A DNA stretch of 64,000 nt from Chloroflexota bacterium (GTDB taxonomy: Bacteria; Chloroflexota; Anaerolineae; UBA2200), in the NCBI GenBank assembly GCA_014360905.1, contig JACIWW010000004.1, forward strand, positions 71,994 through 135,993. Direction: 5' to 3'. Positions 56,443 to 64,000 of this stretch are shown one piece after another (the first letter of the stretch is position 1; each line of letters opens with the position of its first letter). The notes under the pieces are model-generated. The model did no database searches and was not told where the DNA came from. It saw only the letters and a list, made by a program, of their open reading frames with translations. The position numbers and the translations under genes are program-made.

Positions 56443-57818
56443 CTTGCTTTGTTCATCCCTTCAGAGGCTTGTTGTTCTGCTTGTATTCGCTCCAAGAGCC
56501 TTCGATAATCGGCATCTGTGTCAATGTCGCAGCAAATTTCCGGAGACTCCACTTCGACAGGCACCACCTTATCTTCAAAGCGTGCGATTACCTGCCGCCC
56601 GCCTATGTCCCCATGTAGAGCTTTCAGCTCGGGAAAAAGGCAGCGGTCGAACAGAGCAGGCGGGCTGCGCCGACCCTCACAGGAGGAGGCGACGATTGGC
56701 TTAGTCGTGCGATAGTACGCTAGTAAGATGCGCTCAAGTGCTGAACTTGTCACTAGTGGCTGGTCAGCCAGGACAAACAGGGCAGCTTCTGATCGGCGAT
56801 CAATCGCCTCAAGTCCGGCACATATAGAGGAACTCATACCTGCTTCCCACTTCTCATTCCACACTGTGCGGCAAGCCGATGGAATGCACGGCGTGATTTG
56901 CTCTGCGGAGCATCCAAGGACGACTATGACCTCGTCTACGCTGGTAGCCATCACCGCATCCAGCACATGCTCAATCATGGTTTTTCCCGCAATGGGCAAA
57001 AGTTGCTTGGGCATTCCGAAGCGTTTTGAAGCTCCAGCCGCCAGGACGACAGCCGAGACCCGACGCCAGCATTCCATGACGGGGTTATCAGTTGCCGCTG
57101 CACCGATAAGCACCCTATCCAGGGGGGAAGCAGCCTTAATCTGGCGCGCTATTTGGCGGGCAATAGCAAGTGCCCTATCATCCTGCACCTTATTGATGAA
57201 AGGCATCACACGAGCATGAGCAGGAGCCCCTTTGAGTGCCCCCTGTTCATGGACAAGGAGTTTTGCCAGAACCGAAGCGTTGATCACTTCCCCAGGTGTC
57301 AAGCCAGTCAGCTCGGCAACCAGTTGAGGACGGTGAACCGCTTCTTCGCCAAGTGTACTGCCAACCACATCTACCCCCACGACGGGCACGAACAGAGTGG
57401 TCTCGATGGGCACTACTGGCTCATAGGCTGCGGGAGCTTTGAGCGACCGCCCCTTGGCTCCGTCAGCCTCAATGATGATTGCATCTGCTAGATTTATCAG
57501 AGTCTCAACTAAACCTAGATCAATGCCCTTCAGTTTGTTCTCTGTCTCAAGACGCTGGGCAGCCAATGTGATCAGGCTGTTATGGTGTAGAGACTCCTTG
57601 ACTAGACACAAAGCTTCTGCTGGGTCGCTAGATACAACCAAATCTTCCATTGGTCCAAGGGATGGTGGGCGTATCATGGTCGTGGTGGTCACGATCACGT
57701 GCCAGCCAAGGCTGACCAACTCACGGCCTAAGCGGCACATGGCCGTGGTCTTCCCTCCTGCTCCCACGAAGGAGATCACGTCGCCCTTGTGAACTTGCAA
57801 TGCTTCCCAGAGTTGCAT
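56439..57818 (-). CDS. yqeC: YqeC (selenium-dependent Mo-hydroxylase accessory) - MocA (molybdenum cofactor cytidylyltransferase) fusion
   Basis: N-terminal VGAGGKTT, TTTT, EADGAK..LKAP..EP; C-terminal LAAGASKRFG, LADQP, GDIGGR, DIDT..DY. Confidence 0.88.
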   Translation of the reverse strand: MQLWEALQVHKGDVISFVGAGGKTTAMCRLGRELVSLGWHVIVTTTTMIRPPSLGPMEDLVVSSDPAEALCLVKESLHHNSLITLAAQRLETENKLKGIDLGLVETLINLADAIIIEADGAKGRSLKAPAAYEPVVPIETTLFVPVVGVDVVGSTLGEEAVHRPQLVAELTGLTPGEVINASVLAKLLVHEQGALKGAPAHARVMPFINKVQDDRALAIARQIARQIKAASPLDRVLIGAAATDNPVMECWRRVSAVVLAAGASKRFGMPKQLLPIAGKTMIEHVLDAVMATSVDEVIVVLGCSAEQITPCIPSACRTVWNEKWEAGMSSSICAGLEAIDRRSEAALFVLADQPLVTSSALERILLAYYRTTKPIVASSCEGRRSPPALFDRCLFPELKALHGDIGGRQVIARFEDKVVPVEVESPEICCDIDTDADYRRLLERIQAEQQASEGMNKAR

Positions 57819-57820
57819 CT

Positions 57821-60800
57821 CTATCCATGAGGAAAAGGTAAGAAGGGCAGAGAGGTAGTAACGCCATGAAGAATCACATACATTTCTGCCGCTTCAATCG
57901 GAGAGAAAGCCCCTTGAAATTCTTGTTTCAATGCCATTGTCTTGAGTCGGAAGTCAGAAGACGAAAAAGTCATTTTCAACCGATCATTCTCAAAAGCCAC
58001 CTCATTTGCTCCGTCAGTTGTAAAGAGATGTGCTTCCTTCCCATTTTCTCGCCTTCTGATAACCCACCCCTTGTGCATTCTCTCGATGTAGAAAGCATTA
58101 TCCTTCTCCAACGCGAAATCACCTGCATTGAAGAACAGCCTTGGCTTTTCGCGATAGGGTTTTCCTTGGTGCACACAGAAGGTAGCGCAGTTACCGCACT
58201 CATTGCAAAAATCGTCCACATGAATAATCTGCCGAACTTGCTCGAGTTGAAACAGGCGCTCCCCTGATACAACCAGCTTGCCATTGTGGCAGGAGAGTAC
58301 AGGCATTGCTGCCTTCATCGGCGAGATGATGAAGTAGGTGTAATTGGCACGGTTGGGGCAGACCTCTACACATTTGTCACAAAGGGTGGAGCATTGCAGG
58401 CAACGAGCGGCTTCGTTACGCGCCGCATCCTCGCTCAGCGTTTGCTCAACTAATTCAAAATCATTACAGCGGGCAACGTAGGGTGCCTCAGGTCTATGCG
58501 GCATTGCTTTTCTGGCACGAGCGCGTTTGATCTGCACAATCTCTGTCTCCGAGAGCTCCGCCACTCTGATCGGCAACCACTCAAAGTGGATGCCCAGCTC
58601 GGTGCAAATGGCTTCGGCAGCACGCTGCCCGTCGGCGCACGCCTCTATAACCGTAGCCGGCCCTCGCACGGCATCACCGCCGGCATATACACAGCCCGCC
58701 TGTGTCTGTCCTGTCTGGGGATCAACTGCAATAGCTCCATCTGGACGCAGAGAAACCGCGCTGCCATCGAGGAAAGCAATGTCCGGTCTTTGGCCAATGG
58801 CCACAATGATGGCATCGGTTTCGATCTCGAACTCGCTCCCTGCGATTGGGATTGGCTTCCTCCGTCCATCTGCCTCGGGATCGCCTAATCTGTTGCGCAC
58901 ACACTCTAATCCAGCCACTCGTCCGTTCTTCACGATGACCCTGGTGGGGGAGGCAAGTTCTATCAATGTGTTGCCCTCGGCAAAAAACGCTTCTTTTTCT
59001 TCCTCGGTAGCCGGCATCTCGCGTTCTGTTCGCCGATAGACCACTGTTACCGGTTTGCCTGTAATCCTTCGCGCAGTCCGAGCAGCATCCATCGCGGTGT
59101 TTCCACCACCGATGATGAGCACTTTAGAGCCCAGGTTCGGCTTCTCCCCCCACGCTACTCGTTCCAACAAATCGAGGGCAGCAAAGATGCCGGTAGCCTC
59201 TATTCCTTCGATTGTTAATGGGACATCCTTTTGGAAGCCACAGGCGATGTATACAGCATCAAAACCCTGCTTGAGCAGCTCTTCCGGCGGCGAGGTGATG
59301 GGGTGAGAAAGCTCGATGTTGACTCCCATCCGGGTGATGCGCTCGATGTCCTTCTGCACAATAGATGGGGGCAGTCGGAAAGAAGGGGCGATCGTCAGCA
59401 TGCCCCCGGGTCTATCTTTGGCTTCATAGATGGTTACCTGGACGCCGTTCAAAGCTAGGAAATACGCTGCAGCCAGCCCAGAAGGGCCACTGCCAATAAT
59501 TGCAACCCTTCGGCTACGAGTAGAACTAGCCTTATGCTCATTTTGTTCCTTCACTAGCATCGCAGCATTGCCTCTCTCAGCGGCAACTCGCTTGAGCGCC
59601 CGAATTGCCACAGGCTGTTCGTAATTGTTGCGGGTACAGCGGATTTGGCACAGGTGCGTGCAGATATACCCAGTTACGCCTGGCAGTGGATTGCGTTTGA
59701 GCACAACCTCAAGCGCACGATCGTACTCTCCCTGGGCAATCCACCAGATGTACTCCGGCACATCCTGATGCACTGCGCATTGCTCCTTACAAGGTGCTGC
59801 AATACAGTCAAACAACCCCAAGCCCGACTCAACCTTCGGCAGCCCGTACGGGTGATAACTCTTTTTATAGCGGAGATCCTGCAATGCATCGTTGGCTGCT
59901 TTCTCCAGGTTGGCCAGTTTGTCTCGGGCGAGTTCCTCCAAGCTGGCGACGCCTTGGTCATGCATCGCCTGTTCCAGATTCTCAAGAGACTGGAGAAGTC
60001 GAGAATAGCCGCCCGGTTTGAGCAGGTCAGTAACGGTCGTGACCGGATAAGCACCAGCTGCCAGGATCGTGACCACGTTAAATGCATCTGCCCCTGCCGA
60101 ATATGAGACGCGCAAGTCGCCTTTGAATTCTTGCGCTAATTTGTGGAATAGGTTCATAGTGATGGGGTAGAGGGCCCGTCCTGACATGTACATCTCGTCT
60201 CCAGGGAGAAGCCCCTTGTGGTTAGCCATCGCCAGTGTATTGCTCAACTTGACCCCAAAGGTCAGACTATGCTCAGCCGCCACTTGTTGTAGCGTCCGAA
60301 TCAATTCCACGGCGCGCTCGTATTGCAGATCATGTTCGAACACAGCATCTGGAATTTGAATCTCACGGAAACCAAGATGTTCATGGAGGATCTGCATCAC
60401 CATGTCTTTGCCCAGCAAGGTGGGGTTTAATTTCACTGTAGTGTGCAGTCCTCTTTCCTCCAGCAGATAGCGTACAATCCGTTCGATTTCATCTGGTGGG
60501 CAACCATGCATCGTGGAAAGAGTGACATTGTTAGTCAATTGAGTTGGGATCTCAATGTCGGCAAACTGGGGGAAATGTGTGCACAGGATATTCTGGATCT
60601 CCGCAATCTCCTCGGAAGCATCCACCATCCGCTCCATAAAGCGCGTCATGGGTGAGCTTTGTATTCCGTTCAAGTTATAGCCAACGCTCATGTTGAAGAT
60701 GGTTCCAAGGGGGACCTTGCCCTCAAAACCAAGCAGTCGGTGCAGGATATGAATTAGCACCCATGCCTTGATGTATTCCCGTGCGGACTGATCCAGTTTG

Positions 60801-61147
60801 AGTTCCTGCGACCACTCGACGTTATAGCCCTCATCCTCCATGTCAATGCATGGGCGAGGAATCTCGAGCTCATCCATAATCTGCACAGTCTTGAGTTCGA
60901 TAAATCGTCCGCCCGAAAGCCAAGCACAGACAATGTTCTGTGCCAACTGCGTGTGTGGTCCTGCCGCTGGGCCGATTGGAGTAGCCAGGTAATGCCCAAA
61001 CATATCCTTTACCGCATACAGGCTATCCTTTTTGGGTATGTAGAACAGAGAGCGGTGAATGCCAAAGATGGATTGGTTTCCCTCGAATTCTTTGAGTATC
61101 CAACGAAGTAAAACATCGAAAGGTTGGACACGCATTTTGTCAGACAT
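57821..61147 (-). CDS. ygfK: YgfK-family flavin/Fe-S oxidoreductase (annotated as putative selenate reductase)
   Basis: GPAAGPHTQLAQN, ELKTVQ, TLSTMHGCPP, KLNPTLLG, MYMSGRAL, GltD-like GSGPSG and GGGNTAMD, CVEVCPNRAN, CNECGNC..FC. Confidence 0.9.
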   Translation of the reverse strand: MSDKMRVQPFDVLLRWILKEFEGNQSIFGIHRSLFYIPKKDSLYAVKDMFGHYLATPIGPAAGPHTQLAQNIVCAWLSGGRFIELKTVQIMDELEIPRPCIDMEDEGYNVEWSQELKLDQSAREYIKAWVLIHILHRLLGFEGKVPLGTIFNMSVGYNLNGIQSSPMTRFMERMVDASEEIAEIQNILCTHFPQFADIEIPTQLTNNVTLSTMHGCPPDEIERIVRYLLEERGLHTTVKLNPTLLGKDMVMQILHEHLGFREIQIPDAVFEHDLQYERAVELIRTLQQVAAEHSLTFGVKLSNTLAMANHKGLLPGDEMYMSGRALYPITMNLFHKLAQEFKGDLRVSYSAGADAFNVVTILAAGAYPVTTVTDLLKPGGYSRLLQSLENLEQAMHDQGVASLEELARDKLANLEKAANDALQDLRYKKSYHPYGLPKVESGLGLFDCIAAPCKEQCAVHQDVPEYIWWIAQGEYDRALEVVLKRNPLPGVTGYICTHLCQIRCTRNNYEQPVAIRALKRVAAERGNAAMLVKEQNEHKASSTRSRRVAIIGSGPSGLAAAYFLALNGVQVTIYEAKDRPGGMLTIAPSFRLPPSIVQKDIERITRMGVNIELSHPITSPPEELLKQGFDAVYIACGFQKDVPLTIEGIEATGIFAALDLLERVAWGEKPNLGSKVLIIGGGNTAMDAARTARRITGKPVTVVYRRTEREMPATEEEKEAFFAEGNTLIELASPTRVIVKNGRVAGLECVRNRLGDPEADGRRKPIPIAGSEFEIETDAIIVAIGQRPDIAFLDGSAVSLRPDGAIAVDPQTGQTQAGCVYAGGDAVRGPATVIEACADGQRAAEAICTELGIHFEWLPIRVAELSETEIVQIKRARARKAMPHRPEAPYVARCNDFELVEQTLSEDAARNEAARCLQCSTLCDKCVEVCPNRANYTYFIISPMKAAMPVLSCHNGKLVVSGERLFQLEQVRQIIHVDDFCNECGNCATFCVHQGKPYREKPRLFFNAGDFALEKDNAFYIERMHKGWVIRRRENGKEAHLFTTDGANEVAFENDRLKMTFSSSDFRLKTMALKQEFQGAFSPIEAAEMYVILHGVTTSLPFLPFPHG

Positions 61148-61226
61148 GCCCCCTCCTATAGGCTGGCGATCTGAAATGCATATTATGGCTTGATACTCGA
61201 TACGGCAATTAGAGTCTTTGTCCTTA

Positions 61227-61466
61227 TTAGCCTTTCCTCAATGCTACGTCCTCTTCAACTTGCACAACGGCTGTGGCAATGGCCCAACTGACCAGTCCCC
61301 AAGTTCCTCCGCAGAGCACAATCGCCAGCAAAATATTTGGTAGAGATAAATTGTTTGCCCGCCATAGACCCACAAGGGTCAAAACAATTGCCAAGATGGC
61401 GAAAAAGAGCCCTACCTTAATGGGGCCGCTTAGCCGGCCTTTTCGTCCTTTCGTTCGCTGTGCCAT
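61227..61466 (-). CDS. Small hypothetical membrane protein (2 TM)
   Basis: AGGAGG RBS, basic N-terminus, two hydrophobic helices. Confidence 0.75.
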   Translation of the reverse strand: MAQRTKGRKGRLSGPIKVGLFFAILAIVLTLVGLWRANNLSLPNILLAIVLCGGTWGLVSWAIATAVVQVEEDVALRKG

Positions 61467-61496
61467 AAGTTTATTTCCTCCTAGCGCTCCGCGCTT

Positions 61497-62822
61497 CTAC
61501 AGCCGCTGCCAGAGCTTGGCTGCCAGCTCACGAGCCTTCGCCCCGATCTCCTCTTCATCCAACGTCTTCAACTCGCGTTTGTGCATGAGTACTTTGCCCG
61601 CGACGATCGTCGTGCTCACGTGAGCTCCATCCACACCGAAAATGATGTGCCAAGGCAAATTCCCCTCCGTCAGCGGTGTGGGGGGAACATAGTCCAGGAA
61701 CACGATGTCAGCATAAGCACCCGGTGTGAGCTCTCCCAGTGGTTTAGAGTAGAAAAGCCCGGCCGTCTGCGCATTGTGCTGCACAGCCATTGTCAAAACC
61801 TTATCCGCACCAAGTACCCGAGGGTCCTCGCTAGCCAGCTTGTGCAATAGATAGGCTGTTTTCATTTCGCTGAACATATTGTTCGAGAAGCCATCGTTGC
61901 CCAGACCAACCTCGATACCATTCTCCAACATCTTGGGCACATTGGCCACCCCGACGGCGTTGTTCATGTTGGAGCGCGGATTGTGCACTACCCGCGTGCC
62001 TGTTTCTCGCAGGATGCCCATCTCGTGGTCGTCTACATGAACGCAGTGCGCAGCGATGGTTTTGGGTCCCAAGATACCGCGTTGGGCTAGGCGTTCCACT
62101 ACACGCTGGCCATACTTTTTCAGAGAATCGTGCACGTCCGCAATACCTTCTGCGACATGAATGTGGAATCCAGCATTGAGCCCCCTCGCCATCTCGACCG
62201 CACGAGCCAACGTCTCGTCTGATAAAGTGAGGGAGGCATGCAATCCAAAGGTAGCGGCGAGCAATCCTTCTTTGCCTTTCACGCGTTGAATGAAGCGAGC
62301 ATTCTCATCCAAGCCTTCCTGCATCGCCTCTGGCCCATCTCGATCCGAGACCTCGTAGCACAGACAACACCGTAACCCCGCTTGAGTCACTGCCTCCGCG
62401 ATGGCATCCAGCGAGTAGGTGATAGCGTGTGGGGAGGCGTGGTGGTCAAGGAGCGTGGTCGTGCCATTGCGCATGGCATCAATCAGACACACGAGAGCGC
62501 TATAGCGGATGTCTTCGATGGTGAGTGCCTTGTCCAAACGCCACCAAAGGCGTTCCAGGATTTGCGGAAAATCGGCTGGCGGCTCTCCTCGCAGGCTCAT
62601 GCCCCGCACAAACAGGCCATAGAAATGGGTGTGGGCGCAGATCAAGCCGGGCATCACAAGCTGCCCCTGTGCATCAAGTGTATCCTCCTCAGGATACCGA
62701 GCTCTCAAGTCTGGGGTAGTTGAGACGTCTGTAATTGTGTCGCCTTCGATCCGTAATGCACCATCGGGTATGATACGCGGGTTTGCTCCAAATGTCACCA
62801 AAATCCCATTAAGGATTAGCAT
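61497..62822 (-). CDS. ssnA: SsnA-family amidohydrolase
   Basis: PGLICAHTHFY, WWRLD, DHHAS, YEVSDRDG, GLHAS, HIHVAE, HNPRSNMNN, LPWH..FG. Confidence 0.9.
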   Translation of the reverse strand: MLILNGILVTFGANPRIIPDGALRIEGDTITDVSTTPDLRARYPEEDTLDAQGQLVMPGLICAHTHFYGLFVRGMSLRGEPPADFPQILERLWWRLDKALTIEDIRYSALVCLIDAMRNGTTTLLDHHASPHAITYSLDAIAEAVTQAGLRCCLCYEVSDRDGPEAMQEGLDENARFIQRVKGKEGLLAATFGLHASLTLSDETLARAVEMARGLNAGFHIHVAEGIADVHDSLKKYGQRVVERLAQRGILGPKTIAAHCVHVDDHEMGILRETGTRVVHNPRSNMNNAVGVANVPKMLENGIEVGLGNDGFSNNMFSEMKTAYLLHKLASEDPRVLGADKVLTMAVQHNAQTAGLFYSKPLGELTPGAYADIVFLDYVPPTPLTEGNLPWHIIFGVDGAHVSTTIVAGKVLMHKRELKTLDEEEIGAKARELAAKLWQRL

Positions 62823-62824
62823 TT

Positions 62825-63727
62825 TCACTCCTTTCTACAAGTACACCAAAGCAAACGATTGTCTGTGATCTGATACGTTATCTGGCCACTGTTGCTCAGA
62901 TGGCTCAAATAAGCGTGGAGCGTTGGCAATAAAAGATAGTATTCCCGGATATTGCGGATCTTGATCCCATAGTGCTGACAGGCAGCTCTCAAAAGACTAC
63001 TGACTTCAGCGGGTGCTTGAGCGAGGTAGTTCTCGATAAAATTCAGAACATCCATTATTTGTGCGATATTGCGCTTGATAAGGCCGGCAATATCGCGTTC
63101 GAGTTGACCATGCCCCAATACGTAATACGCACAGGAATAATGGCGCAGTTTTTCCAGGCTTTCCAGGCGCTTGGTAACGCTATAGGCGTACGAAATAGCC
63201 GTGTTCGCTAATTCCGCTTCTCCAGCCAGAATATCCCCCGTGAAAAAGACATCGTTCACAATATAGCCGGTATGACTGCCCGTGTGACCTGGTAGGGGTA
63301 CAACCTGCACTGTTATCCCAGCAATCTGGATTTCACCTTCGGTCACTACCACATCTGTAACACAAGGTTGAGGGGCAAAGCGAGGCGTACCTAACTCGAC
63401 AATGGGTTCAGCCCCACCAAATACACACATAGCACCCCATACAGGACGCTGTAATACAATCGAATCATACACAGGAGCATAGACTTTAGCACCGGTATGC
63501 TCGACTAGATAAGCATTGCCTCCCACGTGGTCACCATGACCATGGGTGTTGAGAATGGCCACCAAATTGAGGCCTTGTTCTTCCAGAATCTGCAACAACA
63601 ATCGTCCAGAACGCTGCCCAACTCCTGTATCAATCAGGAGAGCTTGCTGTTCCTCGCCTATAATGAGGCCAATGTTGCTTGCACCAGGTAGGTAATAGAC
63701 GTTATTAAGGATATGTTGTAGTGGCAA
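62825..63727 (-). CDS. Metallo-beta-lactamase fold hydrolase
   Basis: LIDTG, THGHGDH, PGHT, FTGD, LGHG; TTG start. Confidence 0.88.
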   Translation of the reverse strand: MPLQHILNNVYYLPGASNIGLIIGEEQQALLIDTGVGQRSGRLLLQILEEQGLNLVAILNTHGHGDHVGGNAYLVEHTGAKVYAPVYDSIVLQRPVWGAMCVFGGAEPIVELGTPRFAPQPCVTDVVVTEGEIQIAGITVQVVPLPGHTGSHTGYIVNDVFFTGDILAGEAELANTAISYAYSVTKRLESLEKLRHYSCAYYVLGHGQLERDIAGLIKRNIAQIMDVLNFIENYLAQAPAEVSSLLRAACQHYGIKIRNIREYYLLLPTLHAYLSHLSNSGQITYQITDNRLLWCTCRKE

Positions 63728-63764
63728 AGCTTCGTCCTCTGCGCTGAGTGTTCACTCTACTGAA

Positions 63765-63793
63765 ATTATACAGGACGCCAAAGCAAAAAGCAA
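63765..63793 (-). promoter_or_regulatory. Sigma70-type promoter for the MBL-ssnA-ygfK run
   Basis: Minus strand TTGCTT-17 bp-TATAAT with TG just upstream of the -10. Confidence 0.65.
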
Positions 63794-63983
63794 GATGGAT
63801 ACCTTTCGGGCGGTGCACTTTAAAGCTGATGTCCTGCTAAGCCGGTGGCTTTCTTATCACGCTGCTCTATCCCCGCATCCCGATATTTACCCAAGCTTGC
63901 AGTAGGACCTATTCCAATCATTTGGAAATGCGGGGTTTTTAGGTTATAATTATTCAACTTTTGAAGATGAAAGGAGAAAGAAA

Positions 63984-64000
63984 ATGAGAAGAGTTCTTGG
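63984..64000 (+). CDS. Start of a divergent gene running off the window
   Basis: TATAAT near 63945, AAAGGAG RBS, ATG AGA AGA GTT CTT. Confidence 0.45.

Noticed and set aside
218-63211. Many 60-220 aa alternative-frame and antisense ORFs in the track
   Set aside because: They overlap well-supported genes and lack RBS and motifs; typical shadow ORFs at this GC content.
56439-63727. Selenocysteine (UGA readthrough) in the selenium-related genes
   Set aside because: All frames are full length with no internal TGA; YqeC-type systems use a labile Se cofactor rather than Sec.
63728-63983. Purine or Moco riboswitch upstream of the ssnA module
   Set aside because: No recognisable aptamer motifs; only an 8-bp IR (CCCCGCAT/ATGCGGGG), and the predicted promoter leaves a leader under 40 nt.

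Overview
About 64 kb of dense, mostly core bacterial chromosome, roughly 50-55% GC by eye. The gene content and style suggest an anaerobic Chloroflexota member (Anaerolineae-like); this is inferred from the Pro/Thr-stalked surface glycoside hydrolases, the RecG N-terminal extension and the orphan solute-binding lipoprotein. From left to right: two Pro/Thr-linked clan GH-A glycoside hydrolases, murA-mreB, rex; a minus-strand ROK kinase / threonine synthase-like / FSA-type aldolase / alkyl-DHAP-synthase-like / GlpD-like run; a Zn-ADH-SCP2-SDR-membrane protein operon; a decayed zinc-ribbon pseudogene; a divergent DegV; a heterodimeric ABC exporter; a small Cys/His protein, lsrF-like gene, Zn-dehydrogenase and dipeptidase; a DUF3048 lipoprotein; a solute-binding protein with an apparently inactive alkaline-phosphatase-superfamily lipoprotein; nudix-ychF. 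A long minus-strand run then carries the housekeeping block (asp23-fakA-degV-recG-coaD-yceD-rpmF-fabK-fabD-fabG-asp23-nusB-tatC), which continues into ptb-like, an arginine-synthetase-like ATPase and an acyl-CoA module (two Cys-less thiolase-fold proteins, two DUF35 proteins, CoA-transferase alpha/beta, acyl-CoA dehydrogenase). The window ends with rpmB, rpe, rlmN, a HAD hydrolase and a purine/selenium-molybdenum module (MBL hydrolase, ssnA, small membrane protein, ygfK, yqeC-mocA fusion). I saw no tRNA, rRNA, CRISPR array or transposase, but there are a few MITE/REP-like palindromes. The best candidate for an undescribed system is the Cys-less thiolase/DUF35 (Ltp3/Ltp4-like) retro-aldolase module at 32754-41589. 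All family calls come from motif recognition, not database searches.
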